From the NCBI GenBank assembly GCA_027459575.1, contig DAIDIB010000001.1, positions 4,016 through 68,015 of the forward strand: DNA of 64,000 bases. Reading direction: 5' to 3'. Shown one piece after another: positions 7,373 to 18,994 of this stretch. Under the pieces are notes generated by a model. The model was not told the DNA's origin. It searched no databases and saw nothing but the letters and a program-made list of their open reading frames with translations. Both the position numbers and the translations under genes were made by a program. Position 1 is the stretch's first letter. The number at the start of each line of letters is the position of its first letter. Source of the DNA: Gammaproteobacteria bacterium. Lineage in GTDB: Bacteria > Pseudomonadota > Gammaproteobacteria > DSM-16500.

Positions 7373-10252
7373 CTAACCAGCCGCCGGTCGCGACGGCTCT
7401 GCTGCGTTTTGCAATGCACGCATCTGCGACCTCAGCTTTACAAGTGTTGCTTCAATATCGTCAAGCCTTGCACGTTCTTTAGCAACTACTTCTGCTGGTG
7501 CGCGGTCTACAAATTGCGCATTACCTAATTTTGTTTTTAAGGCGGTAAGTTCTTTATCCAGCTTGCCAATTTCCCGGTTCAAGCGCGCTGTTTCTTCTTC
7601 CTTGATGATAAAACCAGAGAAGGGAATGTAAATTTCCAGCTCGCCCACAAACGCGGTGGCGGCGGGTGGTGGAGTTTCATCTGCTTTTAGCCAGTTTATA
7701 GATTCAAGCTTGGCGAGTGTTTGTAATGAATGTTGATGCGCAGATAAATATTTTTTATCTTTGTCATTGCCTTTGCGCAATAGTACAGGTAATTGCTTGC
7801 CGGGTGGGATATTCATTTCGCTGCGGATAGTGCGAACAGCAACTATGATGCTTTTCAGCCATTCAAGTTCTGCTTCAGCCTCATCATTGATTTTATCTTT
7901 AATTACTTCCGGATATGGCTGCAGCATGATTGTTTTGCCTTTCACACCTGCTAGTGGGGCGATGCGCTGCCAAATATCTTCTGTGATAAACGGCATAATT
8001 GGATGTAACAGGCGTAAAATGTTTTCCAGTACTGTTACGAGTGTGTACCGCGTGCCGCGCTGCATTTCCTGTGAGTAATTGACGGTGGTGAGGATTGGCT
8101 TGGATAATTCCAGGTACCAGTCGCAATATTCGTTCCAGATGAAATCATAAATGGTTTGCGCGAATAGATCGAAACGGTAAACGGCGAGTTGTTTATGCGC
8201 TTCCTGAATAGTGCGCTGCAAGCGTGAGAGAATCCAGCGGTCAGGAAGTGAAAGCTCGCTGGATCCCGGCTTACGCCGGGACGACGATGCGATGGTGTCA
8301 TCAGACGACGATGCGATGGTGTCGTCCCGACGAAAGTCGGGATCCAGTGTTGTACCCACATTCATCATCACATACCGTGCCGCATTCCACAGCTTGTTGC
8401 AGAAATTGCGATAACCACCCAAACGATTCACGTCAAATCGAATCTCGCGTGTGTAGGAGGCAACAGAGCAAAATGTGAAGCGTAGCGCGTCGGTGCCAAA
8501 GCTTGGGATGCCTTCTGGAAATTCCTTGCGCGTGGTTTTTTCAATTTTCTGCGCCATGGCGGGTTGCATCAAGCCATAAGTACGTTTCGCAACTAAATCA
8601 TCCAGGCTAATGCCATCAATTAAATCGATAGGATCCAGTACGTTGCCTTTGGACTTCGACATTTTATGTCCTTCGGAGTCGCGAATCAGACCCGTAATGT
8701 ACACATCTTTGAACGGCACTTTGCCAGTGAATTTCAAACTCATCATCACCATGCGTGCCACCCAGAAGAAAATAATATCGAAGCCGGTGACGAGTGTGCT
8801 GGTAGGGAAGAAGGTGTTAAATTCAGGTGTTTTTTCCGGCCAGCCTAAAGTGGAAAATGGCCACAGCGCGGAAGAAAACCAGGTGTCGAGTACATCTTCA
8901 TCTTGCGTTAACTTTACGTCCGCGGCTAACTTGTTGCGCTTGCGAGCATCCGCTTCATCTTGTCCCACATAGCTTTTGCCACTTTCGTCGTACCACACGG
9001 GAATGCGGTGTCCCCACCATAATTGCCGGCTGATGCACCAGTCTTCAATATTATTCATCCACTGGAAATAAGTTTTGTTCCAGTTTTCAGGAATGAAGCG
9101 TACATCGCCTTTTTCCACGGCGCGAATGGCTGGCTCTGCGAGTACTTTGGATTTCACGTACCATTGCCAGGTGAGATAGGGTTCAATCACTGCCTGTGAA
9201 CGATCGCCGCGCGGCACTTTTAATTTATGCTTGTCGATTTTGTCTATTAATTCTAGCGCTTCCAGATCAGCAACTATTTTTTTACGCGCGACAAAACGTT
9301 CTAATCCGCGATATGCTTCGGGTGCGTTCTCGTTGATATGCGCGGTGGGTGTGAAAATATTGATGGGCGTTAATTTGTGACGTTCACCAACAGCGTAGTC
9401 GTTGAAGTCATGCGCCGGTGTGATTTTGACGCAGCCGGTGCCGAATAGTGGATCAACGTAAGTATCAGCAATGATGGGAATGGTGCGGTCGGTTAGCGGT
9501 AATTTGACTTGCTTGCCGATGAGTTTTTGATAGCGCTCATCGTCGGGATGCACTGCGATAGCAACGTCGCCCAACATCGTTTCAGGTCGTGTGGTGGCGA
9601 CGATAATATGTTTGCTGGCGTCGTCTGCGAGTGGATAACGTATATGCCACAGCTTGCCTTCTTCTTCTTCGTTGGTGACTTCTAGATCTGAAATGGCGGT
9701 GAGTAAGACTGGATCCCAGTTTACTAAGCGTTTGCCGCGGTAGATTAAGCCTTCTTCGTATAATTTGATAAATACTTCACGTACCGCGTGTGACATGCCT
9801 TCATCCATGGTGAAGCGTTCGCGCTCCCAATCAATGGATGCGCCCATGCGGCGTAGTTGTCGTGAAATGTTGCCGCCGGATTCTTCTTTCCATTCCCAGA
9901 TTTTATCGACAAATTTTTCCCGGCCGAGGTCGTGGCGGGATTGTTTGGTTTCTAGCTGTAATTTGCGCTCGACGACCATTTGGGTGGCGATACCGGCGTG
10001 GTCGGTGCCACCTTGCCAGAGGGTGTTTTTGCCGCGCATGCGTTCATAGCGGATCAGTACGTCAACCAGTGTGAAGCCGAAGCCGTGGCCCATGTGGAGG
10101 CTGCCGGTCACATTCGGTGGTGGCAGGGGGATACAGTAAGGCTCGCCTTTGCCTGATGGGGCGAAATAGCCGGATTTTTCCCAGGTTTGGTACCAGTGCT
10201 TTTCTAATTCATGCGGCTCGTAGGCCTTGTCGATCGTTTTGTCTGTGTTCAT
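7373..10252 (-). CDS. valS: Valine--tRNA ligase (with in-frame repeat insertion)
   Basis: [13 protein letters not shown] (HIGH), [18 protein letters not shown]-terminal coiled coil. Confidence 0.98.
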   Translation of the reverse strand: MNTDKTIDKAYEPHELEKHWYQTWEKSGYFAPSGKGEPYCIPLPPPNVTGSLHMGHGFGFTLVDVLIRYERMRGKNTLWQGGTDHAGIATQMVVERKLQLETKQSRHDLGREKFVDKIWEWKEESGGNISRQLRRMGASIDWERERFTMDEGMSHAVREVFIKLYEEGLIYRGKRLVNWDPVLLTAISDLEVTNEEEEGKLWHIRYPLADDASKHIIVATTRPETMLGDVAIAVHPDDERYQKLIGKQVKLPLTDRTIPIIADTYVDPLFGTGCVKITPAHDFNDYAVGERHKLTPINIFTPTAHINENAPEAYRGLERFVARKKIVADLEALELIDKIDKHKLKVPRGDRSQAVIEPYLTWQWYVKSKVLAEPAIRAVEKGDVRFIPENWNKTYFQWMNNIEDWCISRQLWWGHRIPVWYDESGKSYVGQDEADARKRNKLAADVKLTQDEDVLDTWFSSALWPFSTLGWPEKTPEFNTFFPTSTLVTGFDIIFFWVARMVMMSLKFTGKVPFKDVYITGLIRDSEGHKMSKSKGNVLDPIDLIDGISLDDLVAKRTYGLMQPAMAQKIEKTTRKEFPEGIPSFGTDALRFTFCSVASYTREIRFDVNRLGGYRNFCNKLWNAARYVMMNVGTTLDPDFRRDDTIASSSDDTIASSSRRKPGSSELSLPDRWILSRLQRTIQEAHKQLAVYRFDLFAQTIYDFIWNEYCDWYLELSKPILTTVNYSQEMQRGTRYTLVTVLENILRLLHPIMPFITEDIWQRIAPLAGVKGKTIMLQPYPEVIKDKINDEAEAELEWLKSIIVAVRTIRSEMNIPPGKQLPVLLRKGNDKDKKYLSAHQHSLQTLAKLESINWLKADETPPPAATAFVGELEIYIPFSGFIIKEEETARLNREIGKLDKELTALKTKLGNAQFVDRAPAEVVAKERARLDDIEATLVKLRSQMRALQNAAEPSRPAAG
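8259..8347. repeat. Inverted pair of CGTC-type REP-like hairpins inside valS
   Basis: CTGGATCCCGGCTTACGCCGGGACGAC ... GTCGTCCCGACGAAAGTCGGGATCCAG; same unit occurs intergenically at 27852, 41194, 42121, 43719. Confidence 0.9.
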
Positions 10253-10255
10253 TTT

Positions 10256-11749
10256 TCATTTTGCTCTATCAATTAAATATTGTACCAACATTGGAACGGG
10301 TCGCCCAGTGGCCATACGTTCGCTGGTGCCCATCATCATGGCGGCGGTGCCGGCCACATCTAAGTGTGCCCAGTTGAATTTCTTGGCGAAGCGCGATAGG
10401 AAGCAGGCGGCGGTGATGGTGCCTGCGGCGCGGCCGCCGGTGTTGGCCATGTCGGCGAAGGGGCTCTTGATTTGCTCTTGATACTCTTCCCAGAGCGGTA
10501 ATTGCCAGGCGCGGTCGTTGCTTTCTTTGCCGGCACGTAATAAGTCGTCGGCTAATTTTTCGTTGTTGCTGAGTAAGCCGGTGGCATGAAAACCAAGTGC
10601 GATGACAACCGCGCCGGTGAGAGTAGCGATATCGATAACTGCGTCGGGTTTAAAGCGTTCGGCGTAGGTGAGAGCGTCGGCTAAAATCAATCGACCTTCG
10701 GCGTCGGTGCTAATCACTTCAATGGTTTGTCCGGACATGCTCTTTAAAATATCTTCTGGTTTGTACGCGCTGCCGCCTGGCATGTTTTCCACGGCAGGAA
10801 TAATGCCGACGACATTCACAGGTAGTTTTAATTCTGCTACCGCGCGTAGCGTTCCTAATACGGTTGCCGCGCCGCACATGTCGTATTTCATACCGACCAT
10901 GCTGTCCGCGGGTTTGATCGAGTTGCCGCCGGTATCAAAGGTGATACCTTTGCCAACGAGTGCCACGGGCGCTTTTTTGCTGCTCGCGCCTTTGTATTGC
11001 AGGCAAATTAATTTGGCATCTTCCGCGCTACCTTGAGAAACAGCGAGAATCGCGCCCATGCCTAACTTTTTCATGTCATTTTCTTCGAGCACTTTGATGG
11101 AAAGTGAGCGATAGGACTTCGCTAATTCTTTGGCTTTTTGTGCTATGTAGCTTGGTGTACAGATATTGCTTGGCTGGTTGCCTAAATTTTTAGTGAGTGT
11201 CATGCCATGTGAAATGGCCATGCCTTGCGCCAGCGCTTGTTCGCAGGCTTTTTTCTGTTTGTTGTCTGGCAGGTCGATGGTGAATTCTTTCAAGCTATGC
11301 GCGGGTTCTTTGCTGGTTTTGTAGTCGTCGAAACGATACAGCGCGCTGTTGGCGACTTCGGTGATTTGTCGGACTTTCCAGGCTGGGCTCTGATTATCTA
11401 TCGCGAGGTCAGCCAGATAGCAGACGGCTTTGGTCGCTTTACCAGCGAGCGCGGTGTTGACGGCGCTGGTAATGATTTTACGGTAAGCGCTTGGAGTGAT
11501 GTTGTCTGATTTGCCACAGCCAATGAGTAATACATGCTCAAAACCTGAGTTAGCCAAATTAAACAAGGCCAATGATTGACCAGTTTTGCCTTGAATGGCG
11601 CCTTTGGCAATGACTTTGGCAAGGTGGCCTTTGGTGGCTTTGTCGATGTCCCTGGCTGCCGCTGTCAGCTTGCCATCTTCGTAAATACCCACGATCAGGC
11701 AATTCTTTTTGTTTTTCTCGGCTGGTGCTGTGCTAATACTAAACTTCAT
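10256..11749 (-). CDS. pepA: Leucyl aminopeptidase (M17)
   Basis: VGKGITFDTGG, MKYDMCG, TDAEGRL, DIATLTG; divergent from lptF as in other gammaproteobacteria. Confidence 0.92.
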   Translation of the reverse strand: MKFSISTAPAEKNKKNCLIVGIYEDGKLTAAARDIDKATKGHLAKVIAKGAIQGKTGQSLALFNLANSGFEHVLLIGCGKSDNITPSAYRKIITSAVNTALAGKATKAVCYLADLAIDNQSPAWKVRQITEVANSALYRFDDYKTSKEPAHSLKEFTIDLPDNKQKKACEQALAQGMAISHGMTLTKNLGNQPSNICTPSYIAQKAKELAKSYRSLSIKVLEENDMKKLGMGAILAVSQGSAEDAKLICLQYKGASSKKAPVALVGKGITFDTGGNSIKPADSMVGMKYDMCGAATVLGTLRAVAELKLPVNVVGIIPAVENMPGGSAYKPEDILKSMSGQTIEVISTDAEGRLILADALTYAERFKPDAVIDIATLTGAVVIALGFHATGLLSNNEKLADDLLRAGKESNDRAWQLPLWEEYQEQIKSPFADMANTGGRAAGTITAACFLSRFAKKFNWAHLDVAGTAAMMMGTSERMATGRPVPMLVQYLIDRAK

Positions 11750-11835
11750 GTCGCGCTCCTTTAAAATATCATCGCATTATAGACTACTTCGCGCCGCAGA
11801 TTAAGGGTATAATTCATGCCAATTTATCGAGGCTC

Positions 11836-12936
11836 GTGCAAGTGATCATAACCCGTTATCTGACCCGTGAAGTAGTAAACGCCACGCTGGCGGTAACGGG
11901 TATTTTGCTGTTGACTTTTCTGTGCCAACAAACGGTGCGGTATCTGAATTACGCCGCGACAGGTAAGGTCGCTACCGATGTGCTTTTTCAACTGATCAGC
12001 TATGAAATTCCCTATCTGCTCGCGCTGCTGTTGCCGTTAGGCTTATACGTTGGGATTATTTTGGCTTACGGCCGGTTGTATACCGATAACGAAATGGCCA
12101 TTTTGCACATGAGCGGCTTTGGTCCTAAGCGTGTGATGCGTTTGTCTCTGCTTATCGCTTGTGCTGTCGCAAGTTTCGTGCTGATTTTAATGCTATGGGT
12201 TAATCCCTGGATTTCTGTCAAACAGCAGCAACTTCGGGAAAGTGACGAAGTGACGCTCCATCTTATCCAAACGCTTGTTCCCGGGCGTTTTGAAGTTAGC
12301 AAGGATGGCTCACGCGTCATGTACGCGGAGACCATGTCGCGAGATCATGAACGCGCTGGCTCCCTTTTCACCGCGCAGGAAAAATATAATGCGGAAAATC
12401 CATCGCAGCCTTCCTGGAATCTGGTGCTGGGTGAAGAAGGTTACCAAGTGAGTGACAAGGAAAATGGCGGTGACTTTTTTGTGATTAGCAATGGTCACCG
12501 TTATGAAGGCATCCCGGGACAGAGCGATTATAAAGTTGTGCAATTTAAAAAGTACGCTATCCGGATTTTGCAAGGCGCGAGCAATCCATTACATGTACAG
12601 GCTGAAACTTTGTCGACGTGGCAATTATGGCAAACATACGATGACCCAAAACGCGCCGCGGAATTGCAGTGGCGATTTTCCATCAGCTTGTCGGTGGTGT
12701 TGTTAGGGTTGTTAGGCGTTTATTTTAGCGTAGTGCAGCCACGTAAAGGGCGTTATGCCATGTTGTTGCCGGCGATTTTGGTTTATGTGGTTTACGTCAA
12801 CCTGTTATTTGTCGCTCGTCACTGGGTAGAGCAAAAAATTGTGCCAGTGAGTATTGGCATGTGGTGGGTGCATGTGCTGCTGATAGTGTTCTTGCTGACA
12901 CTATGGATGATCAGACGAAGGAAAACGCTGACATGA
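11836..12936 (+). CDS. lptF: LPS export ABC transporter permease LptF
   Basis: IITRYLTRE N-terminus, GRLYTDNEM, AELQWR; position opposite pepA. Confidence 0.9.
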   Translation: MQVIITRYLTREVVNATLAVTGILLLTFLCQQTVRYLNYAATGKVATDVLFQLISYEIPYLLALLLPLGLYVGIILAYGRLYTDNEMAILHMSGFGPKRVMRLSLLIACAVASFVLILMLWVNPWISVKQQQLRESDEVTLHLIQTLVPGRFEVSKDGSRVMYAETMSRDHERAGSLFTAQEKYNAENPSQPSWNLVLGEEGYQVSDKENGGDFFVISNGHRYEGIPGQSDYKVVQFKKYAIRILQGASNPLHVQAETLSTWQLWQTYDDPKRAAELQWRFSISLSVVLLGLLGVYFSVVQPRKGRYAMLLPAILVYVVYVNLLFVARHWVEQKIVPVSIGMWWVHVLLIVFLLTLWMIRRRKTLT

Positions 12937-14003
12937 TCTACATTCTGGAGCGCTACATCGCTAGAACGATCGCATCAGCGACAGGATTGGCCACCATCGC
13001 GATTGCGGGTGTGTCGTTTTTGCTGTTACTGCTGGGCGAGATGAAAAATATAGGCGAGGGCGATTATGGCGTGTTGCAAGCTTTGATTTACGCGCTCATG
13101 CGTCTACCCATGCAGGTTTATCAGTTTGCTCCCATGTTAATGTTACTGGGCAGTGTGATTGGTCTCAGTGTGTTGACTGCAAACCGCGAATTGGCGGTGA
13201 TGCGTTCCTCTGGTTTTGCCATGCAGCGCATTATTCGCAGCGTGCTTTATATTGCTATCGCTATTGTGTTGCTGTTTAGCTTGCTCGGTGAATATATTGC
13301 GCCGCAAATGAGTTTTCACGCGGAAGTAAATAAGGAAAACGCGCAGAATGCTGGTGAGGCGGTCGTTACCTCTACAGGTGTCTGGTACCATATCGGCGAC
13401 AATTTTATTCACGTCGATCAAGTAGTCGGCAGGCAAATGATGCAGGGTGTGACACGTTATCAGTTTAACAATAAACATCAATTGCTTGCCGCTTATTATG
13501 CTAAAACTCTCGTAAAAAATGAAAAAGAGTGGATGATGTATCATGTGGCCAAAACCTCGTTTTACAATGAGCGCACCAAGAGTGAAGCATTCCCGCAATT
13601 GCCATGGGATTTAAAGTTTAATACCAACTTGCTGAATATAGGTTTGGTGGATCCCAATGAGATGACATTGCCCAAGCTGGCCAAATTTATTCGTTTTCTG
13701 GAAAATAATAATTTGCAGTCAACTCAGTATAGATATGAATTCTGGCAGCGCGCCTTGCAGCCATTGGCATCGCTGATCATGATTCTTTTCGCCATACCGT
13801 TTGTATTGGGCGCGCGTATTTCGCAGCAATTTGGCTGGCGTATTATCATTGCCGTGATTGCCGGATTTGCCTTTTTTATTTTGAACTCGGTGTTGAGTCA
13901 ACTGTCTATTGTCTATCAGTTGCCGGTGATATTTGCCGCGTTAATTCCATTGATAATTTTTAGCTTAGTCGCGATTGTGTTAACGCGAAATTTAATTAAT
14001 TAA
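12933..14003 (+). CDS. lptG: LPS export ABC transporter permease LptG
   Basis: ILERYIAR, [14 protein letters not shown]; ATG 12933 overlaps the lptF stop (ATGA). Confidence 0.9.
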   Translation: MIYILERYIARTIASATGLATIAIAGVSFLLLLLGEMKNIGEGDYGVLQALIYALMRLPMQVYQFAPMLMLLGSVIGLSVLTANRELAVMRSSGFAMQRIIRSVLYIAIAIVLLFSLLGEYIAPQMSFHAEVNKENAQNAGEAVVTSTGVWYHIGDNFIHVDQVVGRQMMQGVTRYQFNNKHQLLAAYYAKTLVKNEKEWMMYHVAKTSFYNERTKSEAFPQLPWDLKFNTNLLNIGLVDPNEMTLPKLAKFIRFLENNNLQSTQYRYEFWQRALQPLASLIMILFAIPFVLGARISQQFGWRIIIAVIAGFAFFILNSVLSQLSIVYQLPVIFAALIPLIIFSLVAIVLTRNLIN

Positions 14004-14019
14004 GAAAGGAGGAAAAAAA

Positions 14020-15924
14020 ATGACGTTAGACGCACATGCTGAAAAGCTCAGTTTTCAGGCTGAGGTGAAACAATTACTGCATATAGTGGTGCATTCGCTA
14101 TATAGCAATAAAGAAATATTTTTACGCGAGTTGGTCTCTAACGCGTCTGACGCGATAGATAAGCTGCGATTTGAAGCATTATCGGATCCTGCTTTATATG
14201 AAAAAGATTCGGAATTAAAAATCCGTGTCAGCTTCGACGCGGATGCGCGCACCATTACTGTTAGCGATAATGGCATTGGCTTAACGCGCGAAGAAGCGGT
14301 GGAAAATCTTGGCACAATCGCTAAGTCTGGCACGCGGGAATTTTTATCACGCCTGACCGGCGATCAGAAAAAAGACGCGCATTTGATTGGTCAATTTGGC
14401 GTGGGTTTTTATTCGGCCTTTATTGTTGCTGATCGTGTCACCGTTAACAGTCGTCGCGCCGGCCTGGGTGCGGAACACGGTGTGAGTTGGGAATCAGCGG
14501 GTGATGGCGAATACACCGTTGCCAATATTCAAAAAGCAACACGTGGCACGGATGTTATTTTACATCTCAAGGAAAGTGAAACGGATTTTCTAAATGACTG
14601 GCGCTTGCGCAATATTATTGCCAAATACTCCGATCATTTGAATGTGCCAATCCTTATGCAAAAGCGTACTGATGATGGCAAGCCAACCGAGGAGTGGGAG
14701 ACTGTTAACCGGGCTACCGCGTTATGGGCATTGCCAAAAAGCCAGATCAAACCGGAGGAATATAAAGAATTTTACAAATATGTATCGCATGATTTTGAAG
14801 ACCCGCTCGCCTGGACACATAATAAAATCGAAGGCGGTAATCTCGACTATACCAGTTTGTTGTACATTCCCGCGCACGCGCCTTTTGATATGTGGTCACG
14901 CGATAAGCATTATGGCTTAAAACTATATGTACAGCGTGTGTTTATCATGGATCAGGTGGAGCAATTTCTGCCGATGTATTTACGCTTTGTGAAAGGCGTG
15001 CTGGATACTACTGCTTTGCCGCTTAATGTGTCGCGCGAAATTTTGCAGGATCACTATACTATTCCAAAATTGCGCAGCGCGTTGACGCGTCATGTGCTCG
15101 ATCTGCTGGATAAAATAGCCGCGGAAGAGCCGGAAAAGTATGCGAGTTTCTGGAAAGAATTTGGCAATGTGCTAAAAGAGGGCCCCGCGGAAGATTATAC
15201 CAACCGCGCGCGTGTCGCTAATTTGCTGCGTTTTACTTCCACTCATAGTGAGGGTGATGGGCAACATGTGACATTGCAAGACTATGTCAAGCGCATGAAA
15301 CCAGAGCAAAAGAAAATTTATTATCTTACCGCGGAAAATATTCACGCGGCGGGTTCCAGTCCTCATCTGGAAGTATTTCGCAAGCATGGTATAGAAGTAT
15401 TATTGCTGACTGATCGTATTGATGAATGGCTCACTAATCACCTGGCGGAGTTCGAAGGTAAACCTTTGCAATCAGTGGCCAAGGGCGAGCTTGATTTGGC
15501 GGAAATCGCGGCTGAAACGCCTGAGGAAAAAGCCAAAGAAGAGCAAAAAGATAAAGAGTTACAGAAAGAATTTGATGGTTTGTTTAAAGAACTAAAAGCG
15601 AGTCTGGGTGAACGCGTCAAAGAGATACGCTTGTCGCATCGTTTGACATCGTCGCCTGCGTGCCTGGTGCGTGAGCAAAATGCCATGGGGCCGCAAATGG
15701 AGCGTTTGTTGAAAGCAGCGGGACAACCAGTGACGGAAGTTAAACCTATCCTGGAGCTGAACCCTGATCATTTGATTATTAAAAAGTTGCAGGAACTAAC
15801 TGAAGAAAAGCAAATAAAAGAGTGGGCATTTATTTTGTATGACCAGTCTTTACTGGCGGAAGGCAGTCCATTAGAAGATCCTGCCGCCTTCGTTAAACGT
15901 ATGAATGAGTTATTAATTAAATAA
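14020..15924 (+). CDS. htpG: Molecular chaperone HtpG (Hsp90)
   Basis: [39 protein letters not shown]. Confidence 0.98.
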   Translation: MTLDAHAEKLSFQAEVKQLLHIVVHSLYSNKEIFLRELVSNASDAIDKLRFEALSDPALYEKDSELKIRVSFDADARTITVSDNGIGLTREEAVENLGTIAKSGTREFLSRLTGDQKKDAHLIGQFGVGFYSAFIVADRVTVNSRRAGLGAEHGVSWESAGDGEYTVANIQKATRGTDVILHLKESETDFLNDWRLRNIIAKYSDHLNVPILMQKRTDDGKPTEEWETVNRATALWALPKSQIKPEEYKEFYKYVSHDFEDPLAWTHNKIEGGNLDYTSLLYIPAHAPFDMWSRDKHYGLKLYVQRVFIMDQVEQFLPMYLRFVKGVLDTTALPLNVSREILQDHYTIPKLRSALTRHVLDLLDKIAAEEPEKYASFWKEFGNVLKEGPAEDYTNRARVANLLRFTSTHSEGDGQHVTLQDYVKRMKPEQKKIYYLTAENIHAAGSSPHLEVFRKHGIEVLLLTDRIDEWLTNHLAEFEGKPLQSVAKGELDLAEIAAETPEEKAKEEQKDKELQKEFDGLFKELKASLGERVKEIRLSHRLTSSPACLVREQNAMGPQMERLLKAAGQPVTEVKPILELNPDHLIIKKLQELTEEKQIKEWAFILYDQSLLAEGSPLEDPAAFVKRMNELLIK

Positions 15925-15925
15925 T

Positions 15926-15957
15926 GTAGCCCGGATGAGTGCTTTTCTCATCCGGGG
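15926..15957. repeat. GTAG-type REP-like palindrome
   Basis: GTAGCCCGGATGAGTGCTTTTCTCATCCGGGG immediately after the htpG stop. Confidence 0.9.
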
Positions 15958-15994
15958 AGCAATTTCTGATGAATCCAAATAAGGAGTGTAAGCA

Positions 15995-17113
15995 ATGATA
16001 ATCGGCGTACCAAAAGAAATTAAAAACCTGGAATTTCGTGTAGGTTTAGTGCCCGGCAACGTGCGTGAATTAATTGCAAATGGTCATAAGGTCATGGTGC
16101 AAAAAGCGGCGGGCGATAAAATTGGTTTTGGCGATGATGCTTATCGTCAGGTTGGCGCGGAAATCAAAGACACCGCTGATGAGATTTACGGCACGGCGGA
16201 TATGATCGTCAAGGTAAAAGAACCGCAGCCGAATGAATGTAAAATGCTACGAGAAGGCCAGGTGTTGTTTACATATCTGCATTTGGCGCCCGATCCGCAA
16301 CAGGCAAAGCTGCTGCAAGAATCGGGTTGCATTGCGATCGCGTATGAAACAGTAACCAATCAATCAGGTGGTTTGCCGTTGCTGTCGCCGATGAGTGAAG
16401 TAGCGGGGCGTATGTCAATTCAGGCAGGCGCGAATAGTTTAGAAATTAAAAACGGCGGCCGCGGGATATTGTTAGGCGGTGTGCCCGGAGTTGAATCTGC
16501 CAAAGTGGTGGTGTTGGGTGGTGGTGTTGTAGGGACTAATGCGGTGCGTGTGGCGATTGGTATGGGCGCACATGTGGTAGTTATTGATAAATCGCTGGAA
16601 CGTTTATATCAACTTGATTTGCAATTTGGTTCCAAGATTAACACGACGTACTCTACGGTCGATGCCATTGAAGCTCATTTGTTAGACGCTGATTTAGTAG
16701 TTGGCGCGGTACTCCTTCCTGGCGCATCCGCTCCCAAATTGGTAACTAAAAATATGCTAAGTAAAATGCAGCCTGGTTCGGTGATAGTGGATGTTTCTAT
16801 TGATCAGGGTGGTTGTTTTGAAACAAGCAAGGCAACAACGCATGATAAACCGACTTATGTGGTCGATGGTGTAGTGCATTACTGTGTGGCAAATATGCCG
16901 GGTGCGGTGCCACGTACTTCAACTTTTGCGCTAAACAACGCGACCTTGCCATTTGCTCTAGCTTTGGCGAATTTGGGTTACAAGGAAGCGATGCGCCGTA
17001 ACCAACACTTGTTGAATGGCTTAAACGTGTTTGAAGGTAAGATTACGCATAAGGCTGTTGCGGAAGCGTTGCATCAGCCGTATGTGCCAGCGATGGAGAT
17101 GATTGGGGCGTAA
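15995..17113 (+). CDS. ald: Alanine dehydrogenase
   Basis: MIIGVPKEIK, KVKEP, FTYLHLA, GGGVVG, DQGGCFETS, VANMPGAVP. Confidence 0.97.
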   Translation: MIIGVPKEIKNLEFRVGLVPGNVRELIANGHKVMVQKAAGDKIGFGDDAYRQVGAEIKDTADEIYGTADMIVKVKEPQPNECKMLREGQVLFTYLHLAPDPQQAKLLQESGCIAIAYETVTNQSGGLPLLSPMSEVAGRMSIQAGANSLEIKNGGRGILLGGVPGVESAKVVVLGGGVVGTNAVRVAIGMGAHVVVIDKSLERLYQLDLQFGSKINTTYSTVDAIEAHLLDADLVVGAVLLPGASAPKLVTKNMLSKMQPGSVIVDVSIDQGGCFETSKATTHDKPTYVVDGVVHYCVANMPGAVPRTSTFALNNATLPFALALANLGYKEAMRRNQHLLNGLNVFEGKITHKAVAEALHQPYVPAMEMIGA

Positions 17114-17116
17114 TAT

Positions 17117-17218
17117 CATCCCCGCCCCCGCTTAAAGCATGCGGGGGCAGGCTGCGGCTGTCATCCCCGCGAAGGCGGGGACCCATTCACAATAGATTCC
17201 CGCTTTCGCGGGAATGAC
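17117..17218. repeat. Cluster of CGTC/GTCAT-type palindromes
   Basis: GTCATCCCCGCGAAGGCGGGGACCCA ... GATTCCCGCTTTCGCGGGAATGAC inverted pair preceded by a CCCCCGC-N9-GCGGGGG hairpin. Confidence 0.85.
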
Positions 17219-17231
17219 ACAGGGAGCAACA

Positions 17232-18599
17232 ATGTCAAATTGTTTTGTCAATAGAAAATCTGATAACACTATTCTCGTGACATTTGTCACTACAAATAGC
17301 TACAATTCCTGGCTCGACAAACAAGCAGGAAATGTTAAACAATGGATGATTGCTTCACAATTTCGTCCCGAAGCTAACGCTGTCCGTCTTATTCCTGATG
17401 CACAAGGCAATATTTCCATGGCGTTGTGCTGTGCGAATGGCAATGTAAACCTCTGGTCAGCCGGAAATTTGCCTTTTGCACTGCCAGAAGGTGAATACTA
17501 TTTTGATGACGCCGAAGCTGAGTACAAGCAATTAGCTATCGCCTGGGGTTTAGGCGCGTATCAATTTACCCGCTACAAAAAACCTCAACGTGCGCCAGCG
17601 AAATTGTATTTGCCAGCGAATATTGCTGCAGAAGTAGAAAATATTGTAGCGGCGATTTGTATGACTCGTGACTGGATTAATACGCCTACCGACGATATGG
17701 GTCCAACCGAATTTGCCAAAGTCGCTGCAGAACTTGCTAAACAATACGGTGCGAAATTTTCTGAAATTGTTGGCGAAGATTTACTTAAACAAAATTATGC
17801 CTCGATTTATACCGTAGGCCGCGCAAGCGATGATGCGCCGCGTTTGATGGACATGCGCTGGGGTAATCCAAAACACCCTAAAATCACATTGGTAGGCAAG
17901 GGTGTCTGCTTTGACAGCGGCGGTTTGGATATCAAGCCATCGTCTTATATGCTGCTAATGAAAAAAGACATGGCTGGCGGTGCGCACGTATTTGGATTAG
18001 CACGCATGATCATGCAAGCAAAATTACCCGTTTGTTTGCGTGTGCTGGTTCCGGCTGTAGAAAATGTTATTTCTGGTAATGCTTATAGACCTGGCGATGT
18101 CATTACCGGTCGCAGCGGCAAAACGATAGAAGTAGGCAACACAGACGCGGAAGGGCGCGTCGTCCTGTCCGATGCATTGACAGAAGCAGTTAGTGAAAAA
18201 CCGGAATTGTTAATTGACATGACCACGCTCACTGGCGCCGCGCGTGTGGCGCTGGGAACGGAATTACCCGCTGTATTTTCCAACAATGATAAAGTGGTGA
18301 ATGAAGTCATTGCCTGTGGTGACAGTGTGATAGATCCGATGTGGCGCTTGCCGTTATTTGCGCCCTATCGCGAGCATCTTAACAGCCAAATCGCAGACAT
18401 CAACAACAATTCTTCTGAACCTTACGCCGGAGCGATTTCCGCTGCGTTGTTCCTCAAGGAGTTTGTGCCAGATGACGTTCCCTGGCTGCACTTCGATATG
18501 ATGGCCTGGAATTTAAAATCGCGCCCAGGTCGTCCGCAGGGAGCGGAAGCCTTAACCTTGCGTGCGTTATTTACATATTTGCAAAAGAGGTATCAATAA
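17232..18599 (+). CDS. Second M17 leucyl aminopeptidase family protein (PepB-like)
   Basis: VGKGVCFDSGG, MKKDMAG, NTDAEGR; ATG 17232 has a GGGAG RBS. Confidence 0.9.
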   Translation: MSNCFVNRKSDNTILVTFVTTNSYNSWLDKQAGNVKQWMIASQFRPEANAVRLIPDAQGNISMALCCANGNVNLWSAGNLPFALPEGEYYFDDAEAEYKQLAIAWGLGAYQFTRYKKPQRAPAKLYLPANIAAEVENIVAAICMTRDWINTPTDDMGPTEFAKVAAELAKQYGAKFSEIVGEDLLKQNYASIYTVGRASDDAPRLMDMRWGNPKHPKITLVGKGVCFDSGGLDIKPSSYMLLMKKDMAGGAHVFGLARMIMQAKLPVCLRVLVPAVENVISGNAYRPGDVITGRSGKTIEVGNTDAEGRVVLSDALTEAVSEKPELLIDMTTLTGAARVALGTELPAVFSNNDKVVNEVIACGDSVIDPMWRLPLFAPYREHLNSQIADINNNSSEPYAGAISAALFLKEFVPDDVPWLHFDMMAWNLKSRPGRPQGAEALTLRALFTYLQKRYQ

Positions 18600-18601
18600 T
18601 T

Positions 18602-18994
18602 ATGAATATCATCGCCACCAACAAAGCGCCCGCCGCCATTGGCCCATACTCACAAGCCATTGCAGCGAATGGATTTCTATTCACTTCCGGCCAAATCGCC
18701 TTATTACCCGAAACCGGAGAAATGATCGGCTCTACCGCCGCCGCGCAAGCACAACAGTGCCTTGTCAATCTGGCGCATGTGTTACAGGCGGGTGGAGCGG
18801 CGATCAACACCATTTTAAAAACCACTATCTTTCTCACTACCATGGATGATTTTGCCGCCGTAAATGAAGTCTACCAGCAATGGCTTGGCGATCACCGTCC
18901 AGCACGCTCTACCGTCGCTGTCGCAGCCTTGCCAAAAAACGCATTGGTTGAGATAGAGTGTGTCGCGAGTCTCTATGCAAGCGAAAACAAATAA
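18602..18994 (+). CDS. ridA: RidA/YjgF family enamine/imine deaminase
   Basis: APAAIGPYSQA, SGQI, PARSTV, LPKNALVEIE. Confidence 0.9.
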   Translation: MNIIATNKAPAAIGPYSQAIAANGFLFTSGQIALLPETGEMIGSTAAAQAQQCLVNLAHVLQAGGAAINTILKTTIFLTTMDDFAAVNEVYQQWLGDHRPARSTVAVAALPKNALVEIECVASLYASENK

